From Utricularia gibba (Eukaryota; Plantae; Magnoliophyta): a DNA stretch of 64,000 bases. Under the pieces are notes generated by a model, which was given only the letters and a program-made list of their open reading frames with translations, ran no database searches and had not been told where the DNA came from. Within the stretch, counting starts at the first letter, position 1; each line of letters begins with the position of its first letter. The translations under genes and the position numbers were made by a program. The stretch is taken from positions 1,302,001-1,366,000 of the forward strand of contig NEEC01000013.1 of the NCBI GenBank assembly GCA_002189035.1, read 5' to 3'. This document shows positions 1 to 12,780 of this stretch, piece after piece.

Positions 1-430
1 AGAAGCGGATGTTTATACCGCTGTTTATACTCCGAGGAAAACAGACAAGTTTGAAGGTAAAATTAGAGCGGTTGTCCAGTCCCTTATTGACAATGGTATT
101 GATGTGAAAATTTATCTTGATTGAAGGGGGTTTCAGCTCCTTCCTGCTGTAGTTTAAACCTCAGGTAGGGTGGTTGTCATTTGCCTCTATTTTAGAGAAG
201 ATACAGATAAATGTCTGTGATATTGCCTGGAAAAATATAAGAGAGAGCAGTCACTGAAATTATTTACCCTTTCACGTAATTTGAGTTACAAATACATGTA
301 AAAATATGAAGAATGTATTCCAAAGAAAAGCAAGCTTATTAGGCACTGGCAGCCCCTGAGTGCTTCCGAGGTTCAGAATGTAAGAATGGAATGAATGATC
401 TTCTACTTCAGATTTGAAGTTTGTAAGATG

Positions 431-2453
431 TCAAGCAGCAGTTGCTGTGTGGTTAACAGCGTCTATGGACTCGGTGGAGACGGGGGTTCTTGGGCTGGGA
501 AGCCCCATGCCGGCAACATTAGGAGACAGTCGATGCTTGGGGCTCGGCCGGGGCGATGGAATGGGGCCGTAGTTAAAGAAATGCCCGTTGGACACTCGTG
601 GTGAATAACGAACCTGTTCCAGTGCTCTGAGCTGCAGCTCTGTAGGATATTCACGGACGCATCCGATGCGAGGACCGGCACCGGTGCTCCACTTCCGGGA
701 CATACGTCTGGTGAAACTAAAGATGGTAGCCTCTTCAGGTTTCAGAGATGGGATTTCCAGTTCACTAGCTGAACCCTTTTCTCCATTGTCATGGATTTCA
801 GGAGTTGCAGCTCCCTCGACGATGCTGACATCGGCATCACTGATCTCTGGAGTGTCTTCTTGAGCGCTGTATCTCTGATAAGAAGGAAGATTGATCGGAA
901 AATGCCCATTACTCATACGGTTCCAGTGATTGACTACAACTGGTCATACCTTTACTGAAGTAAGATCAATTGAGTGCTCCTCGAGGAAGATGAGAAACTC
1001 ATTGAAGTTCTCCTCTGTGGGGAGATAATGACCGCTGTATGGCCAAATAGCCTGTTTCAAAAGTTAACAATTTTTCGTCAGTCTTCAAGCCAGTGCAGAC
1101 CGGAAAACTGCAAAAACTCTACCTTTAAAACCCCATCATTGACCATCAGTCTTCCAGCAGCTGTGATGGCACCACCGGCGAGGAAACTGGAGTGCTGGAA
1201 CTGCCCCTTTTTCTTCTGCCCCACGTACAAGTTCCTGGTAGTGCTGAGAACGAATATCCATTTGGTTCCCTCAACGGAGTTCACCAAAGCACCACTTTGC
1301 TTGTACACAAGTTTCCCCTCTTCAATCACAACTTCATATGATTCTCTTTCTTTCTGCCAAAAAAGTGGTCTTGTGTTTAGCGTTACAGTGAATCAGGAGC
1401 TGAAAAGCATACTTGTGAAGACTCACCGGTCCTAAATACTTGATGCATTGTTGCTGCAACTTTGTCCTTGGGCACTCCTCCAGATTCACCTCCTTTCCAT
1501 CACCAATGTCCAACCTACAAATCCAATCAAAAGAGTCAGGATGAGGCACAGAGAAACTATGTATCAGTCAGCAATGGTTATTGTTGTCTAACCAATAAAA
1601 GAAAGGCTGTACGCTTTCGCTGGTAGACCATACATCATAATAGAGATGCAAGTTATGTCCATACCGGTGGCGTGGGTCAATCTGCAGCAGATTGTGTGCA
1701 TATCAGGGTAAAAGCATCCTAAGGTTTTCAGAATAAAGTCATCGCAGAGCAACTTACTGCCTCAAGCCAGTGTCTTAGAGCCAGTTTTTGGGCTTTCTCA
1801 TCCTTGGACAGGCCCTTCCCAACCTGAAAGGTGTTTCATTTTAAGAACTCGCACAGAAGAATGGACAGAAGTATGCTTATGGATCCTGTGCATCAGACCT
1901 TGGCGACCCTTTTTCGGGCTCTGGACCACCTGGAAGCAGCAGTTTCTGGTTTCTCGACATCAAAGAACAATATTGAGCTCATCTTAAGAGCTGCAAAGTC
2001 CAAGGCCTTCCACCTATCAGAATCCAATATGAACAACTCATCAAACTCATAATATGATCAAGATCATCATGGTGAACAGTTAGAAACCAACCATAATTCC
2101 TCTATAACAACTGCAAAATCTGCAAGGTGTCTTCGAGTCCGGTAACTTTTATACACTTTTTGCACCTTAACAGCTGCAGCATCAAGCTCCTCGACAGGTA
2201 GTGGGGAAAAGAACTCAAAATTTTCAGGAACAGAAACTGCCTTTGATAACTTATTTGTATCACCAGGAGCAGTTGCTCGTGCTTCAACGCATGGTGTACG
2301 TTCTACTTGAGCCAGGTCATTGAAAGATACTGAAGTTTCCAGCATGCGTTTTTTCGGCTCAGAGTAACCCAAGTTTAAGGAATTTCTGATGCAGCCTCTT
2401 GACTTTGTGATGGCAGAATATGATTTGTTGGGGTTCCTAGATGCTAAAGTCAT
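431..2453 (-). CDS. IQM: IQ-motif-containing calmodulin-binding protein (IQM family), 8 coding exons
   Basis: Exons spliced by hand at GT-AG sites: about 2453-2092, 2013-1899, 1823-1758, 1681-1593, 1514-1427, 1353-1123, 1051-950, 874-431. Contains the IQ motif [17 protein letters not shown], plus [43 protein letters not shown] and a C-terminal [17 protein letters not shown], all typical of plant IQM proteins. The 5' leader probably extends to about 3870. Confidence 0.92.
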
Positions 2454-5361
2454 TGTAAAATCTGAATGGCTCTACTGACTTTGATCCCTGGCCAAAAAGA
2501 GAAATTATGTGAACCCAAGAGTTTGAAGGTGCTACTATATTTCGAGAACTAAGTCACCATCAAAACACACACACAAAATATACGGCCACAAGGCAACTGA
2601 ATTATTGGGTTATATAAAAACATAGAAAATTAGCACACACATCAAGGTTCACCACCATAAGAGTTGGAATTCCAAAAATTTTCATTCTAAAAAAAGCTGC
2701 CATCCCAATATGCAACTGAATGTCCTACAACAACCCCTGGCTTAAAAATAGGTGTTTTGTTTCTTCATAAAAACTCCAGGCAGAATTTTTTTTAAATGAT
2801 AACGAGCTCCCTTCACAAGATTCTACATGGGGGTTACACCAAAACCTGAACAAAAAAACTTTTTTTGCTTCTGGTCCCTAAGGACGAAAAGGAACATGCT
2901 TACACCTTCTATAGAAACTTGTAAAGAACTCAACCTCAGGCTTTGTTCCCAAATCAGAAGCACAGATTCTGTCAAGCTCTTTGAGCAAAAAAGTAAACAT
3001 ATAGACCAGGAGCATACCTTGCCACGACACTTGTCTGCAGTTAAGATGGCCTCTACGATGTTCCTATTAAGGAGTGTGGATATAGGAAAGCAAGTAAATG
3101 ATGGATACCAAGATGTCTGGTTGGCCCTTAAATACATATAAACAGTCAACTATACATCGGACTGAGTTGGGGCCTTTGAAGGCTCAGTGATAGAAGCTGA
3201 CAAAGCGAGCAATTTCTTCACACATTCCTCCAAGTAAGGATTGCAAACAAAAATGTTCAAGTAAACTCAAAACACGATGATTTGATGCATTCAAAGATGA
3301 CGCATTGCTTGGGGAATCTACGAAATATAATCCCATGCTGCACGCTAGATACAGGGGAACGTTCAAAAAGGTTTCTGCGACCCAAGAATTCTCAACCTGG
3401 ATTGGAACAGTCATACATAGGAAACCACCAGGACGCTGCTTCCATAAAGCGTCGAGAAAATGAGAGTGAGTGGCTGTCACATCAAGAATTCCACGATCAC
3501 ATTGAATGCCTACCACATCTATAAAGAAGAAGCCTTTTTTTTCTGGAAAGAATAGTCAATTGGGCGAAGACCCAGAAACCCAACGAGATAATCACCGCAC
3601 TCCTGGGTGAAATTGCCAACTTGTTCCTTCTTCCCAAAACTACATCCATCAGACCCTGCCACCATACCATATAAGATCAATATCACATTACCGGCACCGG
3701 AGGATTCGATGACCGGAGCGCGAAATATCAAATTTTCACCTCCCAATCCCTTCGCCTTCGTCGGCATTCCCTTCAACCCTTTACTTCCCCCACCCCCAGA
3801 CAAAACGGCGACCAACTGTAGCTTTTTGATCAGCAGCCACAAAAACAGTCGCGCGTTTAACCGTTGGGTGTAACCCGAATCGGTGTCGGGTCGGATCGAC
3901 TCAACCCGACCCGCTTATCATCAAACGGGTCTTCCTATCTCATCATCAAAACGTGATTTGCATTGTGAAATGGATGCTGCTGGGGAACCGCGCCACATGC
4001 GGGAAAACCCTGTGGTCCCATCCAGAAGGTGACGTGGCCCACTCGGATTGGATCTATTTTCAGTACTATATAAACACCAGATTCCTCAGATATTTTCTCT
4101 AAGTGCACTGTGTGCAGCTGCCGCAGCTAAAAGTCCACTGTAATTCTGTTCTCGTAGTTTTTTACATGAAAAGTTGTTTGATTATTTCAACTTTCAAGTG
4201 AAAGTAATGCAAGAAGTGATCAATGATGAGTGAGGAGTTGGTGGGGATTCTAAAGATTTGGGTTTGGAAAGGGATGACATGATTTCAGACAAAAAAACAA
4301 CCTGGAGAAGCATGTTAGGAAAATGGGATCGGCAAAGAGTAAGCTTCTTTACAAAAACGTCGAGGTCCTTGATGATTTATCTTTCGGTAGCCACTGTTGT
4401 GCCAAAAGCAAACCTACCCACAATTCGGAAAGCTCCATACACCTCTACTGGTAGCGACAGAGATCGGGGACCATGAAGAGTCTTCATCATTATGTCGCTA
4501 GGAATTGAAAAACTCAAGGCTCGCCCGATCTGTACTAGCACCTTCCATGTTCTCGTCTCAATAATAAAATCCATAGCAATTACAAGGACCATGGAGGTAA
4601 AAACACCTACGGCTGCTCTGTCACTGGTACAGTGGAACTGTAAGAGGTTCAAATGAATGAAGTTGGTCGGATTCGTGATCTGGGGATGAATAGTATTTAC
4701 AGGTTTATGCATAGTGTGTGTTGAGTACTGTTGAAAATGGAAATGTGGGTTGTCAGAAAGATACAGGGGAGGCGCCTGACAAGTTTCTCTTGCTTTAAAT
4801 GCAGAGATGGGTGCTTTTCTTCGGTGGACTCATTGGAAGAAACTAGCTGTGAAAATGGGTTGCTTCTGTTTTACCATTTTACCACTGTCGCTGTAGAATT
4901 GGTTGTTACGGAGGAAAAAGTTGGTTTCTTTAGCTTTAAATACATCTACCAACCCTGGGTTCAGTTTCTCACTTGTCGGTCAAAAACGGTTGTTTGTTTG
5001 TTTTGTTCTGAAGATTTCTCATTTGCTGATACAAGTAGAACTCACATATGCTGTTGCCATTGTCTCTATTGTTTTGCTCTTATTCCTGATCTTCCATTAA
5101 TCGCTACAAAAAAGGAAGAGAGCTTTAATGCTTTTCACTTGTTACTTTCATGGCATCGCTCCCTCGGGGGTTTTCAAGATGCCAATGCACACTTTTTTCC
5201 TGGGTATTGCTTGCTTCTCACTCTTCCTGTTTGTGGATCTCCGTCTTTAATCTGTATCCCTTGTGTTAGTTTCAAGCCTCCTGTCATCTGTGAGTGTTTA
5301 AGCTCATTTCAGAGGAAGTGAGTTCGTTCTTTGGTTTTCTTCCTAAAACTCTGAGCTGGCG

Positions 5362-8300
5362 ATGGAAGTGCTGCAAATTGTGGGTTTTCTGCTCAATGTC
5401 GGTGCTGTCATTTGTTCGTCATTGATTGAAGGATCTGCTGGTAATCGCTTTATTTGTCTCGTATACTTTGTTTGCATCGGTTTCTTGATTTTTGGACTTG
5501 TCAGCAAAATCAATGTGCAAATTATATATTCTGCTGGTAACTACCTTCATAGGAGGAAACCATGGGACTTCAAGTTCATATTAGCTGCAAACTGATTTAC
5601 TCAATATTTCAGCTGTCTGATGTGTAGATTAACTGCTTTGGCCGTTCAGTTTTCAGACTATCCTAATTCATTTTTGTAACCCAAATCTGTTTCTGATTTA
5701 CAAAAAGTGTTGTCCCATATCAATCTATCTTCCTTCTGCAGAGTCCCCAGTTTGAAATGTGTTGGGATATCCTGTGAAGTTTTATTAGTCATTGATCAAA
5801 ATTCGTTTTGTGATCACATCTCTTTTTAGTTCTGCTTATAAATCAAACTGTGCAGAGCTTCCTGCCACTATCGAATCACCATGGGGATTTGCAGAAGCTC
5901 AGAACTCAAAGGATCTGCCGCCTTCTACCTGGCTCAGGCGTTCCTTGTCACTTTCAAGTCTTTTTTCTCCAATAGATGCTGCAGAGTCTCTCCATTTTGC
6001 ATTTACATCACACATGCCTCCGGAACCTTCATTTCAGGTCAAATCTCCAGGTAAATCAGCCATTGATTTTTAAGATACACGTTAATAGCATATAAGATGG
6101 TTCAAAATGGCTTATATTATCAGTTTGCAGCATCTCTTACATCAGGATCAAGCAGTTCTTTACCAAATTGGAAAACAGACCACAGCTCAGTTCCAGAAAC
6201 TGGATCTCCTGATACTCCAGGTAGAGAAACTTGTCCAGCTGAACCACCTTTTCTCATGCTCGTTGCATTTTTTATTGTTATTTTTCACTAAATGAGCGTA
6301 TCTCTGAAAGAAAAGTTACCACACGCAGCATCCCAGGTGCCTGTTTCTAGTGGAATGCGTCACTCTATATTACCATCTCCTGCTCCAGGTGCGTCCTGCT
6401 ATTTGGTCTTGCCTCTTTTGAAGCGGATGTACCGGATGAATAATAATCTTATTTGCTCTTTAAACTAGCTTTTTCTGAAACTATCTGTTACTCATGTTCA
6501 TTGTGTGTGCACGTGGCAGAATATAATGACCCTCCTAATGCATTTCCACCAAGAGTCAGCATTAACACAGCTCCCAAACCAGGTATGTATACTCAAGTCA
6601 TTTTTTGCCATTGGCAATTCACCATCTTGAAATTTTTTCATTCACCTCTCTGATCATGATGCTTCAGCACCTAATGCCAGAAGCCATCTGTGGCATTCGA
6701 GTAGTTCGCATCATCACTTCAAAAAATCGGCTCCCGTTTATTCACCTGTAAAAAGTCATCAATATAAGATTGCTCCTGCTCCCATGATCGGGGTTGCTCC
6801 TTCAATAGGTTTTCTACTATTAACTTTCTTGTTAAATGTTCAGAACATGGGGCTTGGTATCTTTTCTTTTCCTAGTTTAATGATGACACATTGATTGCCT
6901 TTAAAAGGTTATGTGGGCTGTAGCTGTATCTCTTTCCTGATATTGTTACATTTACAGGATTCGCAGCATCCTCACCTTCAATACCTCCTACATTCAATCC
7001 TAGAGACAAGTCTCTCGCTACTGTTCCATCTGCAGCACCTGTATCTAGTGACACGAAAAGTAAAGTTTCTTCTTCTGTGCCAGTTTACCTAGCATCTGTC
7101 TAGTATTTTTTTTCCAGCTCCTTATTTCTCTTCTGTGGTTTCTCCATCTGGTTCATCACCCAAAGAGCCAGTGCCAGCATCACTGCAAACATCACCTTCC
7201 CCAGATAAACATCCTCAAAGAGGTGAGTTGAGACAGTGTTTCTTTTTCAGGTTCACCATTCAATCAAAAGATCAATTTGGTTTTTTGCAGACTGTATGCC
7301 TCTGATATGCTCCAAGCCACTGGCGTATAGCTCAATTGAGTCCCCATGTCACTGTGTGTTACCAATGCAAGTGGCACTTCGCCTTTCTGTTGCATCCTAT
7401 GTGCTCCTTTCCATGATTCAGGAGCTATCTGCCGAAATAGCTGCAGGAGTGTTTATGAAGCATACCCAAGTTCAGATCACGGATGCAAACGCTGCCCCAG
7501 ATAATGAGAAGACTATTGTTTTTGTCAATCTGCTACCCCTTGGAGAAAAAATTGATGAGTATACGGCATATTTAATATATCATAGATTTTGGAGCAAGAA
7601 AGTTGTCATAAAAGCTTCAGTCTTTGGAGATTATGACGTCCTCTACGTGCGGTATCCAGGTAACCAGGCCCCAAGCTTCTTGCATAGATGCCATTAAAGA
7701 GTAAGTTTCAACTTGCATATGATGAATGACAGGTCTACCTTCGTCTCCACCTTCACCTCAATCCGCACTTGGTGTCATATCAAGTAACCCGTATTCTGCT
7801 CATGAAAATAATACAAGATCTATGGAACCTTTTGGGGTCGATGTTCAAGGCAAGCAGCATAAACATGGGTTTACAGGAAGCTTATTGGCTACCGTAGTCA
7901 TATCTTCTTCTGTTTTTCTCATCTTAATTTCTGTGGTTGCATGGATATTACTCTTGAGACATAGATCCCAACCATACCCTTCTACGCCTCCTACAATCCA
8001 ATCAATGGTGAAGTCATCAGGTAGCTTTTCATTGCATTTCAACTAAGTTTTGCTCTTTATCCCCAGAAAAAATATTCACAACCGGTCTGCAACCAATACA
8101 GAACTATAGATGGAAGTTAAGCGTGTATTCTTGCTCATTGTTAAGTATAAAAGTAGAATGATCATATTTTCGCTGAACACACTGCAGGCATGGAACTGTC
8201 TATTGCAAGTAGACCAAGTTCTCCTTCATTTTCATTTGGATCAGGCATTGCAGCGTATACAGGATCTGCTAGAAAATTCAGTTCGAGAGAAATAGAGCGA

Positions 8301-9630
8301 GCAACAGATTGCTTTGATGAAAAGAGGGTAGTAGGTGAAGGGGGCTTTGGACGTGTTTATAGCGGTGTTCTTGAAAACGGGACAAAAGTTGCAATAAAGA
8401 TACTCAAAAGATTCGACCAGCAGAGCAGCCGTGAATTCTTGGCTGAAGTTGAGATGCTCAGCCGGCTTCATCATAGAAACTTGGTTAAGTTGCTCGGTAT
8501 ATGCGTGGATCGTATGCATTGCTTAGTATATGAACTAATACCAAATGGCAGCCTGGAATCTCATTTGCATGGTATGTGTTTTTCACTTGTTTAAGCTTAG
8601 AGATGATGGTGTCTTCCCCTTACTGTGATCATCTCATCTACTCTCAGGCGTCGACAGAGAACGGTCTCCACTGGACTGGAATGTAAGGCTGAAGATTGCT
8701 CTCGGTGCAGCTCGAGCTCTAAGCTATCTCCATGAGGACTCCAGCCCACATGTCATTCACAGAGACTTCAAAGCTAGCAACATCTTACTTGAAGATGATT
8801 TCACTCCAAGAGTATCTGATTTTGGCTTAGCACGGACTGCATTGGATGAGGAGAACCGGCACATTTCCACCCGTGTCATGGGAACCTTTGGGTATGGCAA
8901 GCTCTCCATTTGCATTCATCTCAGAAATCCCTCTCACCATGCATCTTTCTTTCTGATACTTTTCAAGGTATGTTGCCCCGGAGTATGCAATGACAGGGCA
9001 TCTTCTTGTCAAAAGCGATGTCTACAGCTATGGAGTCGTCCTTCTGGAACTTCTATCAGGAAGAACACCGGTGGACATGTCCCGGCCTTCAGGAGAAGAA
9101 AATTTAGTGTCTTGGGCGCGGCCATTGCTGACAACCAGAGAAGGTTTAGAAGTCATAGTAGACCAATCCTTGGGGCCTAACTTCCCTTTCGACAGCTTAG
9201 CAAAAGTAGCTGCCATTGCTTCAATGTGCGTTCAGCCGGAAGTATCCAACAGGCCATTCATGGGGAGGTTGTTCAGGCACTAAAGCTGGTCTGCAACGAG
9301 TCCGACCGGACGCTCGATTCCCCTTCCAGACATGTGGGCATCCACTGTACACGCTCGGACCAGACACCAGCAGCTTCTCTGCTTTCTCCTTCCCCTGTCT
9401 ACACCTACGACTACCTCCTCGAGCTGGAAAGAGATCTTACCATGTCAGAGCTCCTCACTTCCCCAGCTCCATTCGGGGACGACGAAGTCAGTGAGCCAGT
9501 GAGGAGATACTCCAGCTCAGGTCCTCTGAGGACTGGAAAACGCAAGTCATTGTGGAAAACAATGAGGGAGTTCAAACGCAGCATGAGTGAACATGGAATG
9601 CAGTCTAAACTTTGGCCTGGTTCTCATTAG
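5362..9630 (+). CDS. Proline-rich receptor-like Ser/Thr kinase, ALE2-like; 1-bp frameshift at 9262-9265
   Basis: Signal-peptide-like start [27 protein letters not shown] followed by a GT donor, Pro/Ser-rich exons, the [25 protein letters not shown] domain, a TM helix ([21 protein letters not shown]), and kinase motifs [31 protein letters not shown] and SDVYSYG. The start codon and extracellular exon structure are less certain than the kinase part. Confidence 0.85.
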
Positions 9631-9860
9631 TTCTCTCTGCAGTCATGGCCGGTGCCATCCCCTCTGAGCATCATCATCTGAAGCGTCATAGAGCCGGCAC
9701 AGCTGATAATAACCATCATGCACGCAGCGCTAAAAATGAGTTTTCAGCTGAAATCCATCTCCTGCTGCATAGGATTTTTTCAGCATTGTATTGGAAATTG
9801 CTATCTATACTCTTGGACAGAAGTTTTCGACGTAGACAGACGTTTGTATGCAGTGAACTG

Positions 9861-9937
9861 GTATGGCCCGAATTTCTCGGATCCAAATCAGTATGGTCCG
9901 AATTTCTCGGATCCAAATCAGTATGGTCCGAATTTAT
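9861..9937. repeat. 30-bp tandem repeat, about 2.5 copies (GTATGGTCCGAATTTCTCGGATCCAAATCA)
   Basis: Units start at 9861, 9891 and 9921. Units 1 and 2 differ at one base. No spacers. Confidence 0.9.
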
Positions 9938-10067
9938 CGATCCGAGTAAATGACCCGACCCGAATCCAGTCTACAGAGCGTTAACGAACTACACGATTTT
10001 CATTAGTCTTGGGTTCGAGAAAGACCGCCGTACTGCAAACTGCATCTCGTGCATTCGGAATCGGGAA

Positions 10068-11106
10068 ATGGTAACTGCATTTGCTTCCGTTGATTTTGCC
10101 GTTTGTTTGATGTTCTGCTTTCGTTTTCGGATGACATTTTCTGTCGATTGTATTTGATTTGTATTCGTTGAATTTTGAAGGCTCCGGCGGCGAAACCTAT
10201 CTCTAGCCCTGTTCCGGCTGAGTGGTATCCGATCCTCGCTTTTTTCATGGTATCAATTGGCCTTGTCCTCACCGCATCTTTCTTCATGTAAGCGGCTTTT
10301 CAACTGTGAATTGGAAATCTCAGATGTTTTTTTATGTTGGGGCTCTGTGATCTGCTTTAGTTGTTCTTCGGTCGCCGTAATTTGAGCTTTTTCTGTTCGA
10401 ATGAGTGATTATGATCACTATACTTCAATTTCTGTAGGTATTAAGTCTGGAAACTGGTTGTTGGTTCATTTAAAACTTTGATTTTGCTGCTTTCTTGTTG
10501 AGGATACTTTGATGCTTCCTGGAATTGTGCTTCTGTATGATGGCTTGTGTCATGTAAATAGCTTTATGCTTCGAATCATGTATTGCAATGGGACACTGGA
10601 TGAAGCTGCATTGACCATTTTCCAATTCCCTTCCCCATTTTTCTGTTGGTGGTTCTAGTTGTCTGCTGTTTTAGGGTCGAGTGACCTTCTTCTCTGTACC
10701 AGCAATTGACAGTTAGATCCTCTGAGATTAGGTTAAAGTAGAGACAATATAGCATCACAGACGCAACAAAAAGAACCACCTTGTTCACAGTGATCATTTA
10801 GTTAGTTCATGATTGCAGCAGCATCCATCTGCTGCTACCCAAGAAACGAAAAGAACCATTAACTTCTGTTTCTTTCTTTGCAGCTATGAAGCTACTTCAT
10901 CCAAAAAGAACCGGAGTCTCACCAAGGAACTATCCACGGGTGCTGTGGCATCCTTCTTTCTGGTTTGTTGAAAACCCCCTCGTCTCAAACATGCTATTAC
11001 GGATTTACCTCACCAGTGGATCTCATCATCATGCTCTTCTGCTGCTCTGTGATGGCAGGGTTTTGGATCACTGTTCTTGCTACTCGCTGCTGGCGTCTAC
11101 GTCTGA
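10068..11106 (+). CDS. TMEM258: TMEM258/OST5 oligosaccharyltransferase small subunit, 78 aa, 4 exons
   Basis: Exons 10068-10070 (ATG only), 10181-10287, 10884-10962 and 11059-11106, all GT-AG. They give MAPAAKPISSPVPAEWYPILAFFMVSIGLVLTASFFIYEATSSKKNRSLTKELSTGAVASFFLGFGSLFLLLAAGVYV*, matching the UPF0197/TMEM258 pattern with two TM helices and a C-terminal GVYV. Confidence 0.9.
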
Positions 11107-12106
11107 ACTCTGATGATGGTGAACCTCATCTTGTCCTTTAGACATTCTGAGCCATGATCAAATCTTGAGTCCTGAAATTTAGTGATCTCTTCTGCTGTCG
11201 GACTTGCTGTCAAAATGGCTTTTACTGTTACTCAATTGAAAAACCGCCGGTTGGACCGGTTTGATCTCAAAGTAAAAAAAAATCGAAAACTTAAATTATC
11301 CATCATCAACGACTGTCAGAAATGCATTATTAGGTACAAGGGTTGTAATTATATGTATATGATATTAATATTCAATTCAATTGTTAATGAATATTTTGTT
11401 TTTCAAAGAAACTCTTTGACATGGAATGGCTAGGGTTTTGTATCTATAAAAATTATATAGTATTAATAATAAATTAAACTTAATATTTTTAATTTAATTT
11501 ATGTATCATGTATAATTAGTTTTTATACATACTATGGCTCGATACATTAAATTATTAATTTCGATATGATATTTGAACATTTGTCTTTCAATGCGATTAG
11601 GTGATGATAAAAAAAATCATTAATAAACTAATGTCAATTTGACTTTAAAATGAATATTAGATAATTTAAAATAATCAAATAAATATTATTCAATTGGATC
11701 TAATATTTCAAATGTTATCGATGTTTCTTATATATTTTAATTTCATATGCATTCATTTGATCAATCAAATCCTTAATTTTAACATTCTCGATAATTAAAA
11801 CATGTAAATTGTTATATTGGATCACCTTCCCAACTGCGCATAGTCTGGCTAGAGTCAAACACAACCTCATCAATCGTAAGGTACGCGTTTCTACTGCACA
11901 CACGAACAAACTAGCTTCTACTTCCTCCCCTTGAATTATGCATTGTCCATCCCATCTATTATAATAACCGATCTGTTATGTAGCCTCCTTCACATGCCAA
12001 GAGACAAGGCCGAAGGTCAACGAATGGCTGCCTAACCAGCTCAGGGAACGCTCCATCCTTACAATTCAAATCCTAAATTTAAAAAAAAAAACTCATGAAT
12101 ATATAA

Positions 12107-12357
12107 GCGTGTATTTGGTTGTTTGATACAAAATAGATATAAATAAGTTAATGAAAAATCACTTGTTTGGTATCTTGTTAAATATTTAATAAGTTTTTAA
12201 ATCAAAATCCATATAAAACACTTTATGAATCTAATTTATGGTTATTTTTTAAATCCATTAATTATATGGATTTTGAAAATACTCGTCTATATCCAAATAA
12301 ATTATACCCAAATTCTCTAAATCCAATCAATATATTTCCATCCAACCAAACGCACCA
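12107..12357. mobile_element. Tourist/PIF-Harbinger-like MITE, 251 bp
   Basis: Imperfect TIRs (left GCGTGTATTTGGTTG; right reverse complement TGGTGCGTTTGGTTG), TAA on both flanks (12104-12106 and 12358-12360), AT-rich non-coding interior. Confidence 0.7.
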
Positions 12358-12780
12358 TAACTTTTTAGTTATCCACAAATATAGATATAAAAAAATAGCC
12401 ATGTCGGATTGTCCCGGTGTGTCCGGGAGCGTGTATTTGTTTTTACATATTGTACTAAATTAAAGGCGCCCTAAATAAAAAATTAGTGCCACTATTGTGT
12501 GGGAGGTCCCCTATGAGATTCCTGTATGAGGCGGCCAATGTGTTCAATTATTGGGTGGCGAGGCTGCTCTCAGTTTCCAAGTCTATACCACAGTCTATGC
12601 ATGATATTGCCGTTGACATGATCTCCCTGAATCCAAGCTCCCAAACTATAGTCGCCAACTTGAGTTATGAACCCCATTTCACTATAAATTCAGCCTCCTC
12701 CCCCCTGTGCCTTATCCATCCCCACTTGTAATGTGGTGCTCTTTCGTTCCTTGAATCGCCCGCCATATCTCTCGCTAAGC

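Noticed and set aside
2823-3842. ORFs upstream of IQM (3184..3516, 3519..3842, 2823..3149)
   Set aside because: T-rich intron- or UTR-like sequence on the minus strand; best explained as the IQM 5' leader and introns.
4377-4712. 111-aa minus-strand ORF extendable past one stop codon
   Set aside because: No recognisable domain or convincing exon structure in any frame; lies antisense to the presumed kinase leader.
9861-9937. 30-bp repeat as a CRISPR-like array
   Set aside because: Head-to-tail units without spacers, a eukaryotic context and no cas genes.
11110-11150. TGATGA...CTGA as a C/D-box snoRNA
   Set aside because: Boxes are only about 40 nt apart, there is no terminal stem, and it lies directly in the TMEM258 3' UTR.
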